DNA from: an uncultured Hormoscilla sp.
GTDB lineage: Bacteria > Cyanobacteriota > Cyanobacteriia > Cyanobacteriales > Desertifilaceae
DNA length: 64,000 nucleotides
Assembly: GCA_963921275.4 (NCBI GenBank)
Contig: OZ001293.3
Coordinates: 5,728,001 to 5,792,000 of the forward strand
Direction: 5' to 3'
The position numbers and the translations under genes are program-made. Below are positions 34,342 to 44,088 of this stretch, one piece after another (within the stretch, counting starts at the first letter, position 1; each line of letters opens with the position of its first letter). Below the pieces are notes generated by a model. It did no database searches. It saw only the letters and a program-made list of their open reading frames with translations, and was not told the origin of the DNA.

Positions 34342-35447
34342 AACTCTTTTAGCCAGTTGTTCTCATTCTCGGTAAACCATTGCTTGACGCCAAAACCAAC
34401 GGCTCTTTGATGTCTCCGGAGAGCGCTAGAAGCACTACTCCCGATGTGCGAATGCGCTGCGCGCACGCTGCGCGGACGCACATCTTCGGCGTCTTCCGCA
34501 TGCTCTTGTCCTGAAGGACGCGGCATGCTCCAGACACCGCGAAGACATCGATTACCTGTTTGTAGTTCGGCGGCTAGCTTTAAGGCCGCATTTCTGCCAA
34601 TGGCGGTTTCCATCACAGAGGAGAATACAATGTCGAGCGGGTGCGATCGGCAAAACTGACGCAAGCGGGATGGCGAACCCGCGATCGCCGCTTTAATTAC
34701 AAATATGGATCGCCAACCTCGATGATAACAGGTTTCGAGGCGATCGAGAGTTGCCACCGATTCATCTAAGGCGATGGGAGTAGCATACTGTTCAGACAAT
34801 TCTTGCATCTCTTCAAACTTTTCTACTCCTAGGGGTTGTTCCATAAATTCTACAGCTTTACCTTCACAAGCATCTAGCCACTGACAAGCTTCTTCCCAGG
34901 TAAGTCCACCATTAGCATCCAAGCGCAATTTTGTCCCCAGCGGCAGTTCTTTTCTCAGTAAGCCAAATATTTTCAGTTCTTCAGCAATGGGAATAACGCC
35001 TATTTTCCACTTAAATGTCCGATATCCCTGATGCCAGAAACCTAGCCATGACTGCAAACTTTCTGGTCCAGCTGGTAACAAGCAGCTATAGGTAAGACTG
35101 TCCTCCTGTAAGCCCGCGCAGGCTGGCTTCGTTCCTGTAGCCCCACCTGTTAGGGTGGGGGTCTCAAAGCCAAACTGACAGGCAGGTAAATCATCAGGGA
35201 TTGCCTTAATGATATCGGATGTTATTTCTGATGGCAAATCAGAGCAGAATGAGTGGCTTTGTTCGCAAGTTTCCGAACCAAACCAGGGTAAAGGGGCAAT
35301 TTCTCCCCAACCGACTTTCCCAGTTGCATCCGTGAGGCGAATAATGATGCCTTGGCGGACATTCCAGCTGCCGTGACTGGTAGTAAGCGATCGCCTAAAT
35401 TTTCGCTGGTAGGGACGAAACTCAAATTGGTAAGCTCCAGCCATCAT
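34326..35447 (-). CDS. menC: o-succinylbenzoate synthase
   Basis: GEIAPLP, FKWKIG, LRLDANGG, EQP and ALDES motifs; in-frame inserts. Confidence 0.9.
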   Translation of the reverse strand: MMAGAYQFEFRPYQRKFRRSLTTSHGSWNVRQGIIIRLTDATGKVGWGEIAPLPWFGSETCEQSHSFCSDLPSEITSDIIKAIPDDLPACQFGFETPTLTGGATGTKPACAGLQEDSLTYSCLLPAGPESLQSWLGFWHQGYRTFKWKIGVIPIAEELKIFGLLRKELPLGTKLRLDANGGLTWEEACQWLDACEGKAVEFMEQPLGVEKFEEMQELSEQYATPIALDESVATLDRLETCYHRGWRSIFVIKAAIAGSPSRLRQFCRSHPLDIVFSSVMETAIGRNAALKLAAELQTGNRCLRGVWSMPRPSGQEHAEDAEDVRPRSVRAAHSHIGSSASSALRRHQRAVGFGVKQWFTENENNWLKELWDNH

Positions 35448-36349
35448 CCTCCTGACACCCAGAAACCAATACCTAACAACAGTCCGCTCCAGAAATGCAA
35501 TTCTATCGCCATAAATTTGCAATTTTTCACCATTTCCGGTTGGTCATGATGAGTACCTACATGGCGGCAAAGCTTGAACGCTGCGGGCAAACTTAAGAAG
35601 CTGAGTAAAGTCCACAAGGGGAATATCCCCCAGATTACCAAAATAGCGATCAGGGTAAAGATGCTGCCACAAAACCACCATAACAGCTGTGCCCCGGTTT
35701 GCGTACCCAGGCGGACGATCGGTGATCGCTTTCCTGCTGCCAGATCGTCTTGGACTTGATGAAAATGGGAACAAAACAGGATTAAAGTAGTAGTCAGGCC
35801 GACAATTATCGAAATTGCCAGATTAATCAGGGACCAACTCTGAGTTTGACTGTAGTAAGCAGCGGATAACGCTATGGGTCCAAAGGCAAAAAAGCAGAGA
35901 ATCTCGCCCAAACCTTGGTAACCTAGACGAAAGGGCGGACCTTGATACATATATCCGAGGGCGCAGCAGGCAAGGATTAACCCCATCGCCGTTAAATCTT
36001 GCTGCCACCAACAGATTAACATAATTTCCAGAATGCCGAGGGCTAAACAAAGATTACCTAACCAGAAAATTAAAGATTTGTTGCCCGTCAGGTTAACCAG
36101 GGAATGGTGTTTATTTCGATCGATCCCAGTCTCTGAGTCAAATACGTCGTTACTGATATTCTCCCAGGCCAGAATGAAAATTGCCCCACTGACAAAGGTG
36201 GCAAATAGCCACCAATCTATGCTGTGCCGCTCAAAAACAGCCACCGAAGTTCCTACCCAAATTGGCATGATTGCTACGCTATACATGGGCGGTTTAATCG
36301 CCGCTAGCCATAATTTTCTGTTCGATCGCTCAATTGTCTGATTAGTCAT
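35444..36349 (-). CDS. menA: DHNA prenyl(phytyl)transferase
   Basis: WLAAIKPPMYSVA, NDVFD, YQGPPFRLGYQGLGE and DD..AGKRSP motifs. Confidence 0.93.
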   Translation of the reverse strand: MTNQTIERSNRKLWLAAIKPPMYSVAIMPIWVGTSVAVFERHSIDWWLFATFVSGAIFILAWENISNDVFDSETGIDRNKHHSLVNLTGNKSLIFWLGNLCLALGILEIMLICWWQQDLTAMGLILACCALGYMYQGPPFRLGYQGLGEILCFFAFGPIALSAAYYSQTQSWSLINLAISIIVGLTTTLILFCSHFHQVQDDLAAGKRSPIVRLGTQTGAQLLWWFCGSIFTLIAILVIWGIFPLWTLLSFLSLPAAFKLCRHVGTHHDQPEMVKNCKFMAIELHFWSGLLLGIGFWVSGG

Positions 36350-36475
36350 TCTATTTCCTGGAGTGGCTGTGGCGTGAGGACCGCTTTACATTTTACGTTA
36401 AATGAGTTTTCTGCGGATTTCGGTTCGTCCTTTTTGCAAAGTATATTAAGTAATTATAATGTTGTATTTTTACTG

Positions 36476-36513
36476 TTTCAACTGTAGGTGGCTGAAGCCA
36501 CCTACAGTTGAAA
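36476..36513. terminator. Perfect 17-bp hairpin, likely terminator
   Basis: TTTCAACTGTAGGTGGC-TGAA-GCCACCTACAGTTGAAA just downstream of the minus-strand binding-protein gene. Confidence 0.65.
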
Positions 36514-36533
36514 TTCCTTAAATTCGCTTAGGC

Positions 36534-38883
36534 TTACACGAAGAGAGGAGAGTATAGTAGACCGCCTTCGGTGATGACACCGGAGCCGATCGGGGGGGTG
36601 TCGGGGAAGGGAAAGTTGCGATCATAAATCTCTTGCCAGTTGCCTACAGATGAGATGGCGTCTACGACAAAGTCATCCCTTAGACTTAGGCGAAAGCCTA
36701 GGTCTCCTGTTACTCCTAAGAAACGCCGGATAGCTGGATCGTCGCTATTTAGGAAGTCATTGACATTTTCTGAGGTAATGCCAAATTCTGCTGCTTGGAT
36801 GGTTGCATAAACTGTCCAAGTGACTATGTCCTTCCACTCTGATTGGTTTTCATCGACTATCACCGCCAGGGGTTCTTTTGATAAGCCTGTTACAATCGCC
36901 CGCGAGGGTATACGTTCCCCGGCAGGAACGTTTAAGGCCAGGGACTGGATGAAGCTACCATCACCTGTGATGGCGTCTACTTCTCGATTTTGATAGGCAT
37001 CGTTTAGTTCGGTCGGGCTGTCAAAGGTGACTAGGTTGAGGGTTATGCCATATTCGTCGGCTGCCTCTTGGATGTTCAGTTCGGAGGTTGTATCGGCGAT
37101 TACCCCGACATCGCGACCGTCCAAATCTTCAAAGGAGTTGAGGGTGCTCTCGAGAGGGGCCCATAATATTTGACTGTCGTAAAGGGTAACTGGTCCATAG
37201 TCTATGCCTAGGAGGGCGTCGCGTCCTAGGGTATATGTGAGGGCCCGGGCGGCGACGTCTACTATGCCGTTGGCGACGTCGCTAAACCGGTTTTCTGGTT
37301 CTGAGACTACAAATTCTACGGCTTTGGGGTCGCCGAATACTGCGGCTGCGATCGCGCGTCCGTAGTCAACGTCAAACCCGGTGTATTCTCCGTTTTGTAA
37401 TAAGCCTAGACCGGGCGCGGACCCTGGTACTCCTACGCGGACGTGGCCCCGGGCGAGGATTTCTTCCAGGACGTTGCGATCGTTGTTATTGATTATTGGG
37501 GTATTGGGCGGGGCTGTCCCGGTGAAGGGTGGGGAGTAGATCAGGCCCCCACGGCTGGCGCCGCGCTATCGCGAACGGTCCATACTTGGTTCTGGCCGCG
37601 AGGCATGATTTCCTCGTTGAAGTTGCGGGCGTAGATTTCCCCGTAGTTCCCTACTTTTTCGATGATGTTGACTATGAAGTTGTTGTCCAGGCCCAGGGCT
37701 GTGCCGAATTGGCTTTGGGTGTTTAGGAACCGTGCGATCGCGGGGTCTGGGCTGTTGAGATGGTCTTGGATGTTGTCGGATGTGATACCTAGTTCTTCAG
37801 CTTGAAAAGTAGCGTGGATGGTCGAGTTTACTATATCAGCGAAGTCTGATTGGTTTTCAGGGATGATAAATCAGACAGTGTCCCGGGAGAGCACGTCGTC
37901 TAGTATCTGGTGGTCATCGGGATTGGGGAGGCGGGGGATGATGCTGGCCAGGAGTGCGCGGCTGCCGATGGATAAGGCATCAATTTCTTGGGCTAAGTAG
38001 GCGCGCAGCATGGCGCTGACTGTCGGAAGCTGGTTATGGAGACTGCTACATCAGCGTCTTGCGAGGCGTCTGCCAGGCTTTGACCGGCTGTGGAGTCTTG
38101 GATTACTCCCACCGTGAGTCCGTCTAGGTCGGTGATGGAGGCGATGCCGCTGTTGACTGGGGCGAGTATACCTGCTCCGTCGTGGAAGATGGGAGTGCTG
38201 TAGTCTATGTTCTGGCTAGCGTCGCGGGTCAGGGTTTGGGCGGCGGCGGATAGGTCTACGGCCCCGGTTGCGACGTTGCCGAAGCTTTGGGCGAATTCCT
38301 GTGCTTGGTAGCGGATAGCTTGGGGGTCGTTGAATAGGGCTACAGCTATGGCCCGGCTGACGTCGATCGCCAGTCCGCTGTAGGAGCCGGAAGAGTCGGC
38401 GGTGCTTAGCCCCGGGAAGTCAACGCTGGCGCCGGCCCGCAGGTAGCCGCGTTCCCGTATCTGGTCTAGGAGTGAGATGGGGGCCGGTTCTTCTGGGGGT
38501 TCTATTATGAAGTTTGCGGGGGTTAGAGTCCGGGCCTGGGTGTTTCGGAGTATAGCCACGTCTTCCCTGCGAAGTTGTATGACCGTGTCAGGGCCTATTT
38601 GTTCCACTCTCATGGAGTTGATTTCCCCCAGAGAGTAACCCCGGATTTGGATGATGTCTCTTGTCTGCCTGTACTCGGGAAATTCCTGGGGTTGCTGGGG
38701 CGGGGTTGTACTGTCGGGCAGTCGCAGGGTAAATATGCGGGATGGGTCGGAGGTATCGGATTCATCTGTTGTTAGAGGTTGGGCTTCATTCATGGCGGCC
38801 TGGAAGTTATGTTCTGTGTTCATGGATGGGTTGTTTGCTGTTGTATGGTTGATTACGAAACCGAAGGAGTCTGTGGATGACAT
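36534..38883 (-). pseudogene. Tandem two-domain amino-acid ABC substrate-binding protein (AapJ-like), frameshifted
   Basis: LDQIRERGYL and SKEPLA..W..IV.W..YA.I.A.EFGITS.N..VGNW.EIY.RN motifs split across frames. Confidence 0.75.
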
Positions 38884-39170
38884 GATCGTGGGTGCGATGG
38901 TGCTGCGCTGGGGCCTGCCGGCGTTCGGGGGGGGCGGACATTCCTGTGAGCATGCCGGTCATGGGATGTTTCTCCTTATGGATTGGAATCCGGTATTAAT
39001 GTATTCGGTGATTCGGGGCCATATCCGGAAGGTTTACTAGGGAATTAAGTTATGGGCGATCTGTGTGGTGTGGGGGTATTTCCTTTTGGGTCAGGGCTAG
39101 CCATCCACTGCTTTTTTCTAGCTTAGTACACTAACTCGCAAAAAGCAAGTAAGTAGGTGTGCATTGGTGG

Positions 39171-40040
39171 ATGGGGTCGAGCCGGGAATCGCTTCCCGAC
39201 CCTCCCTTGAGGAACCGGACTTGCGATTTTCACCGCATCCGGCTACTGGGTACTAGGCCCTTTTCATAGGTAGACTTAATAGGAATTACTTCCGTTAGCC
39301 CTTGCCGCCTGTCTTTTCTTCCCTTTCCTGGTTTAGCGAGTGGTTGTTCTGATAACCGTTAGTATCACCATTTTCAAGTCAGTTTTACCAGTTATCCATA
39401 CCTTTATCCTCCACTTGCGTTTCGGATTAGTTCCGTGGCTTTTTAGGATTACTCATTCCAGCAGCTTCCTAGTATCACCGACCCACGTCAGCGCTGGCTA
39501 CCCAGCATCATCTACATTACTGTAGATGTTATCCCAGGAATTACCCCGGGCATTCGCTTCTTGGGCCATCCCTCCCCCCGTGGCTTGCGCTTAACATCTA
39601 ACTTGTCCTGATGGACAGCACACGAGAGGTTACTTCGTTCCCTAACAACATTTCGCGATACCTTTAGGTCCACACTATACCCCGGGAGCTATTTGAGTAC
39701 TATATTAGCCAGAGTCTAAAACTAATACTAGCTACCATTTCCTTTTTAGGCCAGCGCATATAGCCTTATTTCGCTGGTTCCTTATAACGAGGCTTGCACA
39801 TGTTTGCCTGCTCTAACCTTGGATATCTTTTCTAGCGGCGTCACCGGCTTAGGCTGCCAGTTATCCTACATTTGAGTCCTCGCTTAGCACCACGATGATG
39901 TCGCTTCGTAGCACCGAGGACCGGTGTCACCCCCGTACCTGGGGGGAGGGGAATTTAACCCCCATGCGGTCAGAGTTCCCGGCTAATGAAACCGGGCTAG
40001 CGTTCCGTGTTTGACCACGTTAGGCTAGAACGAATCGCAC
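39171..40040 (-). mobile_element. ORF-less group II intron, second copy of the nested dnaA element
   Basis: Matches 4320-5188 except one 1-nt indel and one substitution seen by eye. Confidence 0.92.
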
Positions 40041-40334
40041 AGACTCGATTATGTTAATTTTTGTTAAGTTGTCTGAAAGCCTCTCCTAGAAACAAATTCA
40101 GCTATTGTACATTACATAGGCTGGTCTATTTGTGTCTACCTACTTAATATACCGGATTTGCCGTTCTAAAGTAAGTCTATTTGTGAGATTTGTGTAGGTT
40201 TTGCGCCACTAGCAATCAAATCTAGCATAAACAAATAAATTTTCTTAAATTATTGATACCTATAATCCATTTGATTTTACTGAAAACAGCCTCGAATATT
40301 ATAAATGTGTAAGAATGTTGAGCACTTAGTAGCC

Positions 40335-40452
40335 GGTGCATCTCACTTTCGCACGGGCGAAGTGTTGGGACAGGGCATTTGTCTATCTATGACTTATATT
40401 GTCGCCCAAATGCTTCGCCCCTACAGATAGATTTGCAAATATGAGATGCACC
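40335..40452. mobile_element. MITE-like element enclosing a REP hairpin
   Basis: 11-bp TIR GGTGCATCTCA/TGAGATGCACC; internal GGGCGAAG...CTTCGCCC. Confidence 0.55.
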
Positions 40453-40596
40453 CCTTAGTAGCTGCTCTAACTCAGGTATTATAATAGATTTTGTCAATTG
40501 CGATCGCCCGCTCTAGTCGCACTACCCGGGGGACATCGTAATCGCACTACCCAGGAGACACCGCTAGGTAATTGACAGCCATTGTATTATTATGTA

Positions 40597-40743
40597 GTAG
40601 CGGCGACCCAACCCCATAGATGTCACGGACTTCTCGACCGTCGTAGTGTCCTGGCAGATGGCTGCCCTTCCCTGTCTCAGAACTTACGCTGCTCAAACTG
40701 TTATACAATACCGTTCGCCTCGAAAGCAGCCGGGGCCGCCCAC
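40597..40743 (-). ncRNA. ssrS: 6S RNA
   Basis: Closing stem GGCGGCCC/GGGTCGCC; core CAGGGAAGGGCAG..CTGCCAGGACACTACGACGGTCGAGAAGTCCGT recalled from cyanobacterial 6S; TAATAT -10 just upstream. Ends approximate. Confidence 0.72.
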
Positions 40744-40926
40744 CATATTAGCCTCTGCTCTATTCTCGATTTTCCCTTGACCATTATCATGCTTTAATAC
40801 CAAAACACGGGCATTTATTGCCCTTCGATATCCCCCAGAGGGGACGCGCCTTAAGCACTACCCAAGAGATATCGAAGCCTCCTGTGTCCTCTATCTAGTC
40901 GAACAATCTGCGTTCTACTGTTAAGA

Positions 40927-42501
40927 GTGAGAAATATAACTTCACAAAACTTTACCTTATCGGCCCAGATGAGAGTCACCTCCGAGCACGGGAATATATT
41001 TTCAGAACCAAAGGTTCTGGAAAATTTTCTGTTAGGTTGTCAAGAAACAGCTATTGCTAAAGATAGTACAATGATTGTCAGCATATCGCAAGAGATTCCC
41101 CTAGTGGACCCCCTGGCGATAATGGCAGCGATCGCCCCTTCGGAGCGACTGCAGTTTTACTGGGAAAGCGCAGGGGAGGCGATCGCTGCCATTGATGCTG
41201 CCACAAGTATAAAGATAACCCAGGCCGATCGATTCAGAAAAGCCCAAGAATTTATTCATACATGTCTGGCAAATACGATTAGCATTGGCGATCTAGATCG
41301 CCGGTTTGCTGGCCCGCATTTTTTTTGCAGTTTCACATTTTTTGGACAGCAGTCGGAGTCAGTTTTTCCAGCAGCAACAGTGTTTTTACCACGTTTACAG
41401 GTAGCTTGTAGCGCCAAACATTGTATCTTAGTGACGAATTTAGCGATCAGTCTAGGAGCGGACATTAAAAGCATATGCTCAAAGTTATGGTGGGACTGGC
41501 ATAAAATTAGTTTATGCAATAATAACGGATTCCATAAAGCCGCAGGAAATAAATTGCCAAGTGGACAATTATCAGATTACTGTGTCCCTCGGGTAGTGCA
41601 ACTAGCGCTCCCGGGGGACACAGAAGATAAATTCAAGCAGGCGGTGGGTGAAGCATTAGAGTTGATTCGCTCGGAAAGATTGAGTAAAATAGTGATCGCC
41701 CATGGGATCGAGATCCAAGCTAAAGTACCATTTGGGGAGAGAGAAGCGCTGCATAATTTACGCCAGCTCCATGGAGATTGCCATATATTTATGGTAAGTA
41801 ATGGTGAAGGAAAGAGTTTTATCGGGGCGACGCCAGAAAGGTTAATGAGGATTCGGTGTGTTCCGGACAGTGCGATGAGCGCGCTGTGTCCCTCGAGTAG
41901 TGCGACTAGCGCTCCCGGGGGACACAGTTCCGGGACAGAGAATCAGCAGCTATTCACAGAGGCATTAGCCGGTTCAGCACCTCGGGGAAAAACGAGAAGG
42001 GAAGATGCAGATTTTGCCAATAGTTTACTCGCTAGCGAAAAAGAAAGACGGGAACACCAATTTGTGATAGATTATATTAAAGGATGTTTATGGAGGTTGG
42101 GTTTAAGGCCGGAAATATTGCCAATGCCAAAGTTACGAAAACTAGCGAATATCCAACATTTGTGGACCCCGATCGAGGCAAAAGTGCCTCCAGGAGTGCA
42201 TCCTTTGTCAATACTGGCAGCATTGCATCCGACGCCAGCGGTGGCGGGTACGCCCAGAGAAATAGCCTGCCAGGAAATACCTAGGTATGAAAGCTTCGAT
42301 CGGGGTTTATATGCCGCGCCCTTGGGTTGGGTAGATGGACGCGGAAATAGCGAGTTTGTGGTAGGAATTAGGTCAGCGCTGATAGAGGGCGATCGGGCGA
42401 CAGTTTATGCGGGTGCGGGTATAGTAGCCGGTTCCGATCCGGAGAAAGAACTGGCAGAAATTCAGCTGAAATTTCAAGCATTGTTGCAAGCGTTAGTATA
42501 A
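40927..42501 (+). CDS. menF: Isochorismate synthase
   Basis: FIGATPERL, ALAGS, KERREH, LHPTPAVAG and YAGAGIV motifs; start uncertain; two in-frame palindromes. Confidence 0.92.
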   Translation: MRNITSQNFTLSAQMRVTSEHGNIFSEPKVLENFLLGCQETAIAKDSTMIVSISQEIPLVDPLAIMAAIAPSERLQFYWESAGEAIAAIDAATSIKITQADRFRKAQEFIHTCLANTISIGDLDRRFAGPHFFCSFTFFGQQSESVFPAATVFLPRLQVACSAKHCILVTNLAISLGADIKSICSKLWWDWHKISLCNNNGFHKAAGNKLPSGQLSDYCVPRVVQLALPGDTEDKFKQAVGEALELIRSERLSKIVIAHGIEIQAKVPFGEREALHNLRQLHGDCHIFMVSNGEGKSFIGATPERLMRIRCVPDSAMSALCPSSSATSAPGGHSSGTENQQLFTEALAGSAPRGKTRREDADFANSLLASEKERREHQFVIDYIKGCLWRLGLRPEILPMPKLRKLANIQHLWTPIEAKVPPGVHPLSILAALHPTPAVAGTPREIACQEIPRYESFDRGLYAAPLGWVDGRGNSEFVVGIRSALIEGDRATVYAGAGIVAGSDPEKELAEIQLKFQALLQALV

Positions 42502-42725
42502 GTAATCGCCATGAGAAATGGGTGTGGTCATGCATTAGTTGCATTAGTAGAGAATAATATTCTCTCGAGATAATTGCACAAGGGGATCCCATCAAAACCC
42601 AACAGGTTTTGACCACACCTATTTCATACAGTATATAGCCCAAATTTCTCCGCCATGCCGTTTTTGGGTAAATTACAAGGCGAGAGGCGCGAATTTTGAA
42701 CGACAGTGGGTGCCCACCCTATGCA

Positions 42726-43559
42726 TTATTTATCTTTGTTATTTTTGTCCTGCCACCGCTTCCAGAGATAGTTGACTCCGTAGCCCGCCCCCAGCAGCAC
42801 TAGCCCCGGAATGAATTCATAGGGCGCACCCGCACCGTTACTAACACTTGCTCCAAAGGCAGCTTCTCCAGCGGCGACGCTACTTGAAGCTCCGTGATTA
42901 CTCGTGATGTTTAGGTGAACGAATCGAGTTGAGGCGCCGAAAGTAAATGTCTGAGCTGGAATGGGTGCTCCTGGCAGTGTAGCATTAAAGCTTCCCAAGG
43001 AGGTTGTACCGCCATTACCAAAAATGCCATCAGTATCAGCAAGCAGCTCGAAGCTATTTATGCCATCGTTAAAAAAGTTATCAGCATTCCAAAGCGCAAA
43101 TGCCTCTATACTGTGTGCCCAGGTCAAACGTAACTATACCTGTTGTCCTGTCATTGCCTAACCACCCATTGAATTGATTAAGGATAGAGTGAGTTGTGGA
43201 TGATGTATAGGTATTAAAGTCAGTCACTCCACTGGTATAAGATGCTGACAACCCGCTTTGGTTAATCAGGTTGTTTACAGGGAAACCTTCTGGGATATCT
43301 GTACTAACAGAAGAGGGCTGAAGCATCGTTAAGGCGCGAGCGGGCAGTGCTAGGCCAGTGGTAAGCAGTCCTGTTAGTAAGCTGATAGCAGTCAGCTCAA
43401 CCGCCCGCCCTGCTGCCACCGCCAGCGGCACCGGCGCATTGATAGCAGCTAAACCCGCCCAGCCTTTGGTTTTGGGGTCGGGCGGCACCGGCGAGCTATC
43501 GTGAGGGAGAATACTGAGTTTGGGGTGATGCTTTTAACAGGATTTTCCCTAGTCTTCAT
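42726..43559 (-). pseudogene. Exported protein with PEP/PFE-CTERM-like tail, frameshifted
   Basis: Signal-like LALPARA and C-terminal PYEFIPGLVLLGAG..KR; split across frames. Confidence 0.6.
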
Positions 43560-44088
43560 GGGTTTATTCATCTCATAACGTTACATATTCAGCCTTGTCC
43601 TCAAATGGTTGCTGGATATAGTTGGTAACTTTTTACTCCTATCCAGTCAAAACCAGGGCGGTTTGACGAGAGGAACTGTACTGGTATTATACAGCATGGG
43701 TCAGGGAAAAGGCAATAGAAATGGTGAGCGGTACAGCTTAAACTATCGATGGGCACCCTACTAACTGGATTAAGCAATTCAAAATTCTTTCTTCAAAATT
43801 AAAAATGGGGAAACAATTTGAGAACAAGAGTCTCAGGTTTTATCTATATGCAATTTAAATGCGCGACAGCTTAAAAGCTGGTGGAAAAACTACTTTTACT
43901 CGGGATTTTTGCAGATATTTATTGATTCTCCTACTAAGTAGATGTAGCTGGACAAGAGAGGAACTGGGATTATACAGCATGGGTCAGGGAAAAGGTAAGG
44001 AAGAACAAGGGACAAGTTAAGAGGTCATAATTCGCAGGAATTACAAACTGGTTTTAACCGCTGAGGAACAACATCTATAAGTAAGAAA

